Below, in pieces: positions 53,190 through 64,000 of a stretch of 64,000 nt of DNA. This DNA comes from Octopus vulgaris (Eukaryota). The notes beneath the pieces are model-generated. The model was not told the origin of the DNA. It saw nothing but the letters and a program-made list of their open reading frames with translations, and searched no databases. Every line of letters starts with the position of its first letter. Position 1 is the first letter of the stretch. The stretch covers positions 121,954,001-122,018,000 of the forward strand of contig OX597820.1 of NCBI GenBank assembly GCA_951406725.2. Direction: 5' to 3'. A program made the translations under genes and the position numbers.

Positions 53190-53610
53190 GAGGCAGTGAG
53201 CTGGCAGAACTGTTAGCTGGTCGGACAAAAATGCTTAACAGTATTTCGTCCGTTGTTACGTTCTGAGTTCATATTCCGTCGAGGTGAATTTTGCCTTTCG
53301 CTCTTTCGGGGTCGATAAACTAAGTACCAGTGAAACACTGAGGTCGATGTGATCGACCTAGTCCCTTCCCTAGAAATTTCACGCCTTGTGCCTTTAGTAG
53401 AAAGGATTATTGTTCTTGTCATGAAGACAGCGATTTGACAGAATCGTTAGCAAGCCGGAAAAAATGCTTGACGGCATTTCGTCCGTCTTTACGTTTTGAG
53501 TTCAGATTCGACTTTGCCTTTCATTCTTTCGGCGTTGAGCAGTGGGATCGATGTAACGGCTTCCCCCTCCCCTCAAAGTTTCTGACTTTGTTCCAAATTT
53601 AGGAAGTATT
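53190..53610 (+). mobile_element. Two tandem degenerate SINE family B copies
   Basis: Heads at ~53190 and ~53428, each with a gagttca B-box and a gcctttc...ctttcgg domain. Confidence 0.7.
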
Positions 53611-54663
53611 TTTATTCGTCATTAGTTTGTTCGTTTGTTTTAATACATTTAAAAGTTGTTCATTGTTGAAAGATTGTTATATTTTATGCCTGGTAAAACG
53701 CACAGGGTTAAATAAATCACATAGGGCTGCTGGCATTTTTGCTTCTTGCTTCTTATGGCTGAAATTTGTTAGAAAGATTTTCAAATTTTCTTTTGAAAAA
53801 CATTTAGATAGTAATGAAGGTTAAAATCCTTATTTGAGAGCGATTTACTTATCTCAAAAACCAGAACTCAATTTGTTAAATCTGAAGTCAGTTTTAGATT
53901 AAGAATCTCATGAATTCATTCAAATATTCTCAGCAACTACAAAATAAAAAAAAGTGCTTTTGTTTGCCGTGTTTATGACATTAATAATTCATTTATTTCC
54001 CTTTGTGTGAATGATTTGTTCGAAACCTAATATGTAGACATAATGTTGTTCCTAAATGTGTCCCATTGAAACAATTCAGAAGTTAATGATTGTCTAAACT
54101 AGCTTCATTATAAATTTTATTCTCTTTCTCATCAAATAATTTGTCCAATACAAAGAATATTGAAATGAAAATCTGTTGCTCCTAAATTCTCATGGTCATG
54201 TGAGGCTATTGTTTTAGCTTATCGCTAAGCTGGGCATAAAAAAAAGGTTCTCCATCCCAAAAATATTTGCCCGCCCTTATTTAGGTTATTCATAAACTCG
54301 ATGAAAGTTGATGGTATGTGTTGCTGGTGGTGGTGGTGGTGGTGGTTGCTATGGAAGCTGCTAATAAATTTAGATTCTGTCAATTGTTATTTGTTTTCCA
54401 ATTACCGAAGCTGTTCAAAGCAAATCTTTTTGTGACTATATACAACTGAAACTCACAATTTTTTTAGTTTTCCAAACTGCTCTTCTAAAATGTTCCTTTT
54501 ACACTTCTTAATACGAATTTCATATAAATTTATATTCTTACAGCACAGAGAGATATTGAGAGCATTTTTTTTTTATTCAAAGATGTGATTTTGAACCACT
54601 TTTTCTCTCGTACCAACATTTTAAAATCATGATTATGTAGGCGTTGGAACAGTTAGAAGTTGT

Positions 54664-55104
54664 AGTAAAGATTGTTTGCCAACATAACATGGCAATCCTG
54701 GTTTGGGACGAATGTTGCTGTAATTTAGCCCCAGGAGACATCGTCTCCAGCTGGCTATACGACACGATCTGTGTCCTTATATTTTCGAAGAAGGGAATCT
54801 AGCACCACCATTCAGCTCAAAATAATATCGGTGTATCGTGATTTCCGGATTATTTCCCTTCATCAGCACAGAATAATCGTTCGGCTAGAGGTAGCGCTGC
54901 CAAATTGCCGTTCAAAATATATAGTCTTCAAAATGACAACTAGTCACTGGTCTATAAATGAGAAAATTACTATTTTTAAAACTCACAACGAGGATACAGA
55001 TCGTATCATATAACCAGCTGGAGACGATGTCTCCTGGGGCTAAATTACAGCAACATTCGTCCCAAACCAGGACTGCCATGTTATGTTGGCAAATAATCTT
55101 TACT
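54664..55104. mobile_element. MITE/fold-back element with ~115-bp TIRs
   Basis: 54664-54778 versus 54990-55104 reverse complement, about 6 mismatches; TSD not evident. Confidence 0.85.
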
Positions 55105-55409
55105 CCCAAAGTACTGTTGCTGAATATCTCTCGTTGTGAGATTTCAAAATAGTAATTTCCAGTTAGAAGCTGTATCTGAATCTTCTTTAAATCACATCGC
55201 CGTAAAAGAAAAGAAAAAAAAGACGCGTGGGATAATCTTAGATATTTAAAAAGACAGGGCAGTCACGGTTCTGTCACACCTGATCATATATTCTTACAAA
55301 CTGCACTTTCAACCAAACAACAACAACAAATATTTATGATGAATCTTTTCCATTTTAAGGGTGCCAATGTTTATTGTTATATTTGGATATTCTGAAGCTT
55401 TCTACATAA

Positions 55410-55760
55410 CGTTGTTCCAGATCACTTCAAGGACGAAGATTTATGAAGGACAGGGTATAGTTTATGTCGACACTAGCCTCGTCGGTGGTCGTCGAAGCCA
55501 ATACAAGACAGCAAGGCCCGGCCACAGGAGTTACAAGAGAAAATCTGCTCTGGCTTTCTTGCTGCTGTGATGCAATCGTTTTTCAATCTCCTTCACTCTT
55601 TCAAAGTGGAACCAGAGCTAGAAGGTAGAGACGATATAATGATGGATAGTATGAGGCTACACCGTGTGGTCGGAATGTAGGAAAGACAACAGGTGATGGT
55701 CAATGTGACAGAGAAGCCACAGACCTTTTGAAGCGTCTAGAAGTATAAAAATTAAAAAGG
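55410..55760 (-). mobile_element. RTE (BovB-like) LINE 3' end remnant
   Basis: Minus strand CHIDHHLLSFLHSDH..HTIH and FSCNSCGRALLSCIGFDDHRR (RTE C-terminal zinc finger), then an atcttcgtc..gaag 3' UTR motif. Confidence 0.7.
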
Positions 55761-55889
55761 AATTACTTTCAGCGGTGTTCAAGTCCTTCTGTAGCCAGAA
55801 GTGATTCCTACCTTTCACAACGTATTTGTCTCTGAGCCTTCTTCACCCTCTCTCAGTTTATATATATATATGTATATATACATATATAT

Positions 55890-56062
55890 AGGGAAAGTTT
55901 ACGAAAAAAACAACAAAAGACGAAGACAGGTGGTGTACAAAATAAACAGATGTATTAGTATAACGCTCAGGAATAGAAAGTCTTTTACGTTTCGAGCCTA
56001 CGCTCTTCTACAGAAAGGGACACAGAAAACAAGGAGAGAAAGCAAATGTGTGTAGTGGCTAA

Positions 56063-56066
<4 letters not shown>
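55890..56066 (-). mobile_element. Short dispersed repeat with hammerhead-like fold, copy 3 (fold at 55982-56017)
   Basis: Reverse complement of 13000-13188; flanked by (TA)n on both sides. Confidence 0.8.
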
Positions 56067-56106
<40 letters not shown>

Positions 56107-56507
56107 GTGTGTGTGTGTGTGTGTGTGTGTATACACATCGCTTAAGTATTGTGAGACCAATAACCCGATGAAAAACTAAATATACGTATGTTTCAGAATG
56201 AAGTGTTGGCTGAGTATAGAGCAGTAATAAGAAAGAGAGATGCGATACGATGCAATGGATTCATAGTTGAGTGTCTGACAAACATCTCATAGCTTCATCG
56301 GACCATATGAAATGCAATTTATTTGGGAAAGATTTACATTTGTGCCTATATATGTGTATACAAGAAAGGTGTATATCCAAATGAAGCTCTCTTTCTTATG
56401 TATGTGTGTGCGTGTGTGTGTATGTATGTATGCATGTGCGTATGTGTGTGTATTGAATTTCGAATTAAAATAAGATCTAATAATGTAAACATTATCGGTC
56501 TCAACTA

Positions 56508-56949
56508 CAGAGTGTATTTGTTTTGTTTATACGCCAATTTGCTGCGGGATAGCGTCCTGGGAAAGCTTCCTACACAACATCGTATGTTAAGGAGCACTAA
56601 GTGTCCCAGACAGGTGAGACGGCTTGCCAGAGGTGGATGAGAATGAGGAATATCGATATTTAGCTATCGTTATAGATCCTCAGGACGACTTAGGCGGTTC
56701 ACCTCGCAACGAAATCGAATTCACACTGTTTGCATATTTGCCCCACACCAGTGATTCAGTTCGTTTCTCGGTTAATTGGGAGTGTAGTACTGAGGAGCAA
56801 TAATAATAGCGAAATGTATTTATCGTTCACCTCGGGCGAGTTGTCTCACTTGGGACTTTCGATGTTCTTAAACACTCGACGTCGTGTAGGGAATTTTCCC
56901 AAGAGACTGCCCTGCAGCAAACCAACGTATAAACAGAATACATGTACTG
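56508..56949. mobile_element. Old fold-back MITE with ~170-180-nt diverged inverted arms
   Basis: 56508-56690 aligns to the reverse complement of 56784-56949 (tgtttatacg..tttgctgc..tgggaaa..cctacac..gtgagac..gaggtg..cctcag); TA|CAG...CTG termini. Confidence 0.75.
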
Positions 56950-57119
56950 TTTGTGTGTGTGTGTGACGGTGGTGCATACACCTTAGTCATAGCTCACTCG
57001 TTGAAACGTTGAAACCAGAAAACTTTAAAAAGACAGCAAATAAACATATAAAAGTATTTTTATGTGAAGTGAGAGAAGAAAACACAACGTTACAGGAATA
57101 TATATGCATACTCACACAA

Positions 57120-57159
<40 letters not shown>

Positions 57160-57461
57160 GCACATAAATATACGCATACATATACAAAGTGTTCAAAATA
57201 TTGAATGATTATAAAGTTTGTTTTTATTACAAAACATCTCATTTTCAAAGTTTAATAGAATCTACAGACAGTATTTTTTTTCTCCTTTCACATTTTTCAA
57301 ACTGATGATTGTTCTAGTCCAGACGCAGCTGATAACAAGAAGCAATGCAATTACGAAATTCAAGAAACGTTTCCTTCGGCATTTGTGCAATTTCATCGCT
57401 TAGTAGCTGCCCTCATTTCGTCTCCTATTGACGGCTTTGTACAGTTATCTTGTAAGAGTTC

Positions 57462-57519
<58 letters not shown>

Positions 57520-57583
57520 GTAAAAACGGTAAGATAACAAAAGAAAGAAAGAGACCTCAATATTATGTAAATAGAGAAAATTT

Positions 57584-57751
57584 ATCTGTAAAATAATATG
57601 TGACAATTATTCAATAGCCAAGATAAAACTCTGGCGTTTTTCAGATGGCCAGATAACCGAAGAGATGGTGTTGTGGATTCCCACCTCGGCATCCGAAACT
57701 CAGAATTTTATCTTGCCTATTGAATAATTGTCACATATTACATTTACAGAT
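57584..57751. repeat. Fold-back module (~50-65-nt arms) between (TA)n tracts, with a hammerhead-like relic
   Basis: 57584-57633 versus 57701-57751 inverted; the centre reads CCGAAGA GATG...CATC C GAAAC TC. Confidence 0.8.
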
Positions 57752-57757
57752 ATATAT

Positions 57758-57811
<54 letters not shown>

Positions 57812-57932
57812 ATATGTATATATATAAACATTAAGTGGTATAAGATTCGGTGAACATAGAGCGTATTCTGTTGAACCTCTTCGCTCAACTAGTTCAGCAG
57901 AATCTCATCAAAATCGGTCCTTACAATGTTTT

Positions 57933-59102
57933 TAGGGTGTGCCCCGATTTGCTGGAAATAAAACTCCACATTTTCAAAATCCCCTTGAATTTTTGTTATA
58001 ACAGATTGTCAAAGCAATTAAAGCAGCGTCGAAAAAGAACGGTTCAATTAATTCTTTTGTTAAGTAAGGCCATAATGTAGCTTTTGGTAAATGAACAGGA
58101 TGTTGCTCCGTAATGTGCGGATTCTCATGCCCCCAGGACTTACGATTGTGGAGGTTAATTGAACCATTTAATTAATCATAGCTTCATCATTCCAGAAAAT
58201 CTTTGTTTAAAAGTGTACATCTTCTCAGCATCCTGACAAGTACCCATAGCACAACTCCTACCCTTTGCTTCCATCATTTCCAACTTGTCTTCTTGGAATG
58301 TAACTTTTCCAATCTCAGCGCTTTGAATGCTTCGTCTCGAAACACTTTTATAACGACTCGTTTGTCGCATTGATTATCATGAATTTTGGCAACACATCTC
58401 GTTCCGTTGTTTGCTTTGAGGATCTTGTCCATTGTCTTTGGTCTTCTGGAATGTTTCGGACATTTTTCTCCAATTCGAGTCATGCTAAACCTCTTAGATG
58501 GAATTATTTGAATCTCCCCACCTAAACTGGCTTTGTATTTCGACTACTTTTTAAAAATTTCCAGTATTTTAGAATAAATTTCGGATCTTCTCGGTTTGAA
58601 CGGCAGTTTTTTCTAGCGGTGTCATATGAAATTGTCACCCATAATTATGACCCTAGTATCGATCTATTACATTTCAATCTCTTTTAGGGTTAGGGTGGGT
58701 GGAAGGGCATCTTTTTTTCTTCACAAATGTAAATAAACCCAATTTGTTTCTTAAACGAGGGACATATTCATACGGCATAGAATGATTTTTTACCTCAATA
58801 CACGTCATTGATTGGTTGAAATTACAGAAATTGAAGAAAAAAAAAACAAATATCTTATAAACTATAGAATTTTCTCAATAAAGCCAAGAGAAAAAGATGT
58901 TTTATAAACACATTCTACCAGTATACGAAGTTTAAATTTTTTTAGTTACCAAGAAATTATGTTAAAAACTGCCGTTCAAACTGAAAAGATCCTAAATTTC
59001 CTTCGTTCAAGTCTTAGTCTGGTTCCCTTTGTTACTTTTAAAGGGTTGAATTTAAAAAAGAAATGAAAATTAAGTGAACTATCAGCCGTTTTGGGGGCAC
59101 CT
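57933..59102 (-). mobile_element. Decayed Tc1/mariner-superfamily (Tc3-like) transposon with a nested MITE
   Basis: Minus strand IFWNDEA / LNGSINLHNRKSWGHENPHITEQHPVHLPKATLW; weak TIR remnants agggtgtgcccc / ggggcacct. Confidence 0.7.
58583..58992 (+). mobile_element. Merlin-type MITE carrying telomeric repeats, copy 5
   Basis: TIRs as above; 8-bp TSD TAAATTTC (58575-82 / 58993-59000). Confidence 0.92.
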
Positions 59103-59115
59103 CCACAAACACACA

Positions 59116-59156
<41 letters not shown>

Positions 59157-59682
59157 CTATGTTTCAATTGCACTTCATCGCCCAAAGGAGTTCTACTTTA
59201 AAAAAAAAAATTATATTTTCACTTGATGACGAGAAATGTTGGTAAAACAATATCCTCCTGCCCCACCCCCGGGCCCCTACCGCACATGTTTGTAATCGTT
59301 GTGTGTAATAGCTTTTGAAGTGTGCGGACAGTGCGACAGAATGTAAGATTCATTCGTTAAACAGTTACGACGACTATCTCGGCCCCCACCCGACCACCAC
59401 CACCCTGCTACTGCCACCATCGACACCAACACTTCATCTCACCACCACCACCACCTACTACTACTATTAGTGCTACATTTATTTTTGTGGTTGCTGTTGT
59501 TGTTGTTGTTGTAACTGCTAGTGCTGCTGTTAATAATATCAGCAGAAATACTTCCGTCCCTCCCCTCAAAGCAGATGGTGTTACTTATTAAGCAACCGAT
59601 GAAATTCGTTTAAAAAAAAAAAGTTGTATTTTCAGGAGGGGCATATGGAGAGACAGGGCAACAAAACTATCATCAGGATGGT

Positions 59683-59713
<31 letters not shown>

Positions 59714-61607
59714 AGCAGTAGGAGTCGTAGGAGCAGGAGCAACAAAGCCCACAAAACGAGTAGCAACAATGAGAGAATAAGGCTGCTCTTGCGGAGTATC
59801 TTCCTGCTAGACACAGCAACCAAATCCCAAAACACACGCAACGCTTTTGAAAAGGAAATCCCTTAAATATCGGAGATTAAGATTCTTTCTAGAAAGAATC
59901 GTTTTCGATTTAAACGTGTTTCTTCGATCAGAATTGATCCAATGTTGCTAAGCAACATCAACAAAAGCGGTAAAGGATCAAACTGGACCGTAAAGATTAT
60001 ACCATACGTTACAGCAGAATGTAAGGACAAGTCGACGTGGAGGTTTGTAGGCGGTAGCTTGGTATGCTGGAAATAGCCGCTAAAATCTCAAATCATACTC
60101 TTAGAGGAAAGGAAAACACTGGTTAATGGAGTCCTAGATGCACTTTATCAGATTCACACGCTGGGTGGTTACTGCTTTACTGCTTTTGATCAGAGCTGAT
60201 GTAGCTTAATCAATGACAACACCTGTAACGGTACACGAGGTATTGATTACTTGGTCGATATACAGAGCCTCTGTCTTCTCAATTCAGCATGCATCGAGAA
60301 AGACCGGAAGTAGTCGTTTAACCTGCTGGAAATAGCAGATAAATCTTTATTTGAATTTGGTTTAGTTTTTCATGTTACACCCTTGAGTATTTTTGTAAAA
60401 AGGACATGAAATAACGTAGTCTTAAACACAGTATGTTAGAATAAAAAGCAGGATGATCACAGCTGGAATGCCTTTAAGTGTACTCGATCTGGATTAACAA
60501 CAACAAGAACAACGACAACTAATTACATGTCCTTTGAATATTAATCAGAAGTGTTGTTAGTCAGACACGTTACAATACCACCACCATTTCTATCACAGAA
60601 AAAAAATGTTGGTCTTACATCAACTGAAAATGGTATCTACATGTGCACATGTAGACACCAGGAGGCTTCAGTGGGGCTTGTGCAGAGCCATCTGTCATTC
60701 CTCCTGGCAATCATCATCATCGTCATCATTAGTGCACTGGTTCAATAGAAACGTTAAAGCGTAGAACCAAATGCGTTGCAGTATTTGTTCCGTCAATCTA
60801 CGTTCTAAACTCAGTTCAAATTTCGCTGAGGTCAATGCTGCGTTTCGTCCCTCGGGGCTCATTAAAATTAAGTGCCAATCAAATAACTCTCACCAACATG
60901 AAATTGTTTTCAGAAATTATTATCAAATGTCCTAACAGAACGTTTCAGTAGCAACAAAGTAGAAGAGGTTTGGTTCTATGGCCACTTCGTGGCAGCATTT
61001 TCTAAGCTTCGTTTACAGAAGGTCATCTGGGTATTTCGTCCACGTTTCCCTTTATCCTGTCCACTCCTTCACAACTCCCAGAGCTCTTATAATGCAACAG
61101 GAATGTTTATCCATTTCTCTGTCTTCCATATTTGTCACAATTTCCTTTTTCTATATCTTTGTATTTTATTGAAATATTATTTGGACAAACTGCATCAATT
61201 AGCGAACGGGAACTGAATGCTTTGCCTTTAATGATAATGTCCTGATGGTAACAACCTGCCTCCTCTTCTGACATATTCTGTCGTGGACATTTTCCACGCT
61301 GTGCTCATTTTCTAAACTCTGTTGATTAAATTCTTCATCTCTTAAACTTCTTTGGTATATGTGTGTCCTTACTGCAGTATGATGGTTTTTATTGTGTCGG
61401 AGGGATTGCAGGAAACTGCAGACGAAGTATCTGCATCTGTTAAATATAATGGTGCGTCTACGCCTATTGAGGGCCGCCTTTGGATGTTCTGGTCTTTAGC
61501 AACTTATTGTAGTCGAATGTTTTGCTGGTAAAGTCCCAGTATTATGACCCAAGTCATAGAAAACCATTCCTTCCATTTTGAGGAGGAATATACATATGAT
61601 GTATATC

Positions 61608-61831
61608 TATTTCTTTACTACCCACAAGGGGCTAAACACAGAGAGGACAAACAAGGACAGACAAACGGGTTACGTCGATTATATGGTGCGTAACTGGTAC
61701 TTACTTTATCGACCCCGAAAGGATGAAAGGCAAAGTCGACCTCGGCGGAATTTGAACTCAGAACCCAACGGCGGACGAAATACCCCTTAGCAGTTCGTCC
61801 GGCATGCTAACGTTTCTGCCAACTCGCCGCC
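61608..61831 (-). mobile_element. SINE family B
   Basis: Reverse complement of 27199-27470. Confidence 0.85.
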
Positions 61832-62150
61832 CAGCGTTTGTAGTATAGAGTTTTGACAATCAGTTGTTATCTTCCACCAATTACCTTTTAACACCTAGAT
61901 GTAGCTTGCTACTGAAACTGCTAGGCTGTTTGTTTTGAGTTTTAAATTTCCTACGTACGTAACCATACTTTTTATGCGGGCTATATTTAAATATCACCGG
62001 TTTGGGTCAAAATGCCTTTCATAACACCTCATCTCTTGTGATGCGTCTCCATATGAATCCCGTGTTTCCCAACAAGATTTAAGATCATCTAAATTTCTCT
62101 ATTATTCTGACACCTGTCGCCCTCTTTTCTATACATGCCGTGTCATACAT

Positions 62151-62543
62151 TATATATAAAAGTGAGGTTGTGTGCTGTCTGTCTCCTACGATTTAGATTC
62201 CTAACTACTCCCACATTTTGCGGTGCAGTTTAACCAAAACCGGGTATCTTATAGTCGTGATTCATATCGAGCCCTTCTGGGTATTAGCGCGCGTCTACGA
62301 TGAATCTACGATTTTAAAAAAAAATTACCATCATTTTTTTCCCATTTTTAATGCATTTTTTTGCTATTTTTTGGCTATAACTCTCTAAAAATGTCTACGA
62401 TAAGTCAACGATTTAAAAAAAATTTACCATCATTTTTTTCCATTTTTAATGCATTTTTTGCTATTTTTTGGCTATAACTCTCTAAAAATGCTTATATAGT
62501 TATTTCCCTTACAAACCCGAGCAACGCCGGGCGATACTGCTAG
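62151..62543 (+). mobile_element. Non-autonomous Helitron
   Basis: TATATATAAAA 5' end; 3' hairpin CCCG-agcaacgc-CGGG followed by CTAG|T; internal ~100-bp tandem duplication (62294-62490). Confidence 0.8.
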
Positions 62544-63284
62544 TACATTATAAGGCTTAGGGTTAATAGTGTTGTAATTATTTCTAACGCACGGTTAGCA
62601 TGTTTCCTTAAGGCTCTAATTTGGTATATTTTGCAGTTTTGGGGCCTAATTTCAATTCAAATTTTATCCCTGTCCCCTCCTTCTTCAGTGTTTCTCCATT
62701 TCTTTTGTGTTAATCATTAATTAATAATTAGGCTTCAAAAGCAAAAATGCGCAAATTATGCTATCCACTACGGTTATATCCTAATGTATGACTGCTTTAT
62801 ATTTATCTCTTCTGCTGTGGTCTGTCTGTGTTGCTTTTTTCTCTCTTTGTAATACAAGTTGTATTCTTACTTCATCTTGATATTTCTCTTGTTAAAATGT
62901 TTCGGAGGTAAATCAATGAGATTTGTTTGCGGTTGAAATTCAGAACTGCTTTTTTGACAAATTTGGTCGATTCTTTGATACTAATCGAGGGAACTTCTTT
63001 TGGCTTCATAATCTCTAATTATTCGATTCTGGTCGATTCCACGTCTGTTACTCAACGAGAAAAGAATCTGAATCTATATTTTCAGAGGAGAGACTGACAA
63101 TACTTTTGCTGCCTATGGAAGAAAATTGAGCACGTTTTCTCGGGCAAGGGGTGAGCAAACCATGAAACGGTCCGCCCGGAGACCCTTTCACTTCAGAAGC
63201 AGAGAACGTAATGCGTTTACATAGCTTTTACAAGGGTAAATGTAAATTTATTTCTCTGTTTTCATTCTCACTGCGTTGTGCATC

Positions 63285-64000
63285 ATATAGACATGCATAC
63301 ATACACACACATACAGACATGCACACATACACACATACATTCATGCACATACACACACACACACATGTATACATATACACACATACATTCATGCACACAT
63401 ACATACATTCATGCACACATACACGCATACATTCATGCACATATACACACACACATGTATACATATACACACATACATTCATGCACACATACATACATTC
63501 ATGCACACATACACACATACATTCATGCACATATACACACACACATGTATACATATACACACATACATTCATGCACACATACATACATTCATGCACACAT
63601 ACACGCATACATTCATGCACATATACACACATGTATACACACACAAATACATTCATGCACACATACACACATAGATTCAACGCACATATACACACACATG
63701 CATACATACACGCACATACATTCATGCACACATACATTCATGCACATATACACACACACATACATTCATGCACACACATACATTCATGCACACATACATT
63801 CATGCACACACATACATTCATGCACACATATACACACACACATACATGAATGCACACACATACATTCATGCACACATATACACACACACATACATGAATG
63901 CACACACATACATTCATGCACATATACACACACATGTATACATACACACACATACATTCATGCACACATACACACATACATTCATGCACACATACACACA
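63285..64000. repeat. CA/TA microsatellite with a 90-nt higher-order period
   Basis: acacatgtatacatatacac recurs at 63361, 63451 and 63541; the cattcatgcac subunit occurs throughout. Confidence 0.9.

Noticed and set aside
55361-55570. Plus-strand ORF with an apparent acceptor (ttccag) as a host exon
   Set aside because: The opposite strand encodes the RTE LINE C-terminal zinc-finger remnant.
60900-63060. Possible decayed LINE endonuclease regions on the minus strand around the SINE and Helitron
   Set aside because: Purine/pyrimidine skew is suggestive, but I could not recover a convincing motif.

Overview
Repeat-saturated, AT-rich eukaryotic non-coding DNA (intergenic or deep intronic). The SINE, LINE and microsatellite repertoire looks like an octopus/coleoid cephalopod genome; this is inference from recognition, not a database result. 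No intact host protein-coding gene, rRNA, tRNA gene or CRISPR array is supported, and nearly all listed ORFs are microsatellite artefacts or transposon remnants. The window holds: decayed RLE-type LINEs (Dong/R4-like, Hero-like); CR1, RTE and Tx1-like fragments; Penelope-like (PLE) remnants; Tc1/mariner, hAT, piggyBac-type, Merlin-type and Helitron elements; three tRNA-derived SINE families; and many micro- and minisatellites. The most interesting signals are: (1) a short dispersed element (3 copies) with a minimal type I hammerhead-ribozyme fold and a non-canonical core; (2) several PLE-like fold-back modules sitting in (TA)n tracts, some with relic hammerhead motifs; (3) a Merlin-type MITE with 8-bp TSDs that carries TTAGGG telomeric repeats; (4) a templated ~230-bp insertion copied from 1.8 kb away into an old RT gene; (5) a head-to-tail stack of four different (TAA)n-targeting Dong/R4 LINE ends. 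All coordinates and alignments were read by eye.
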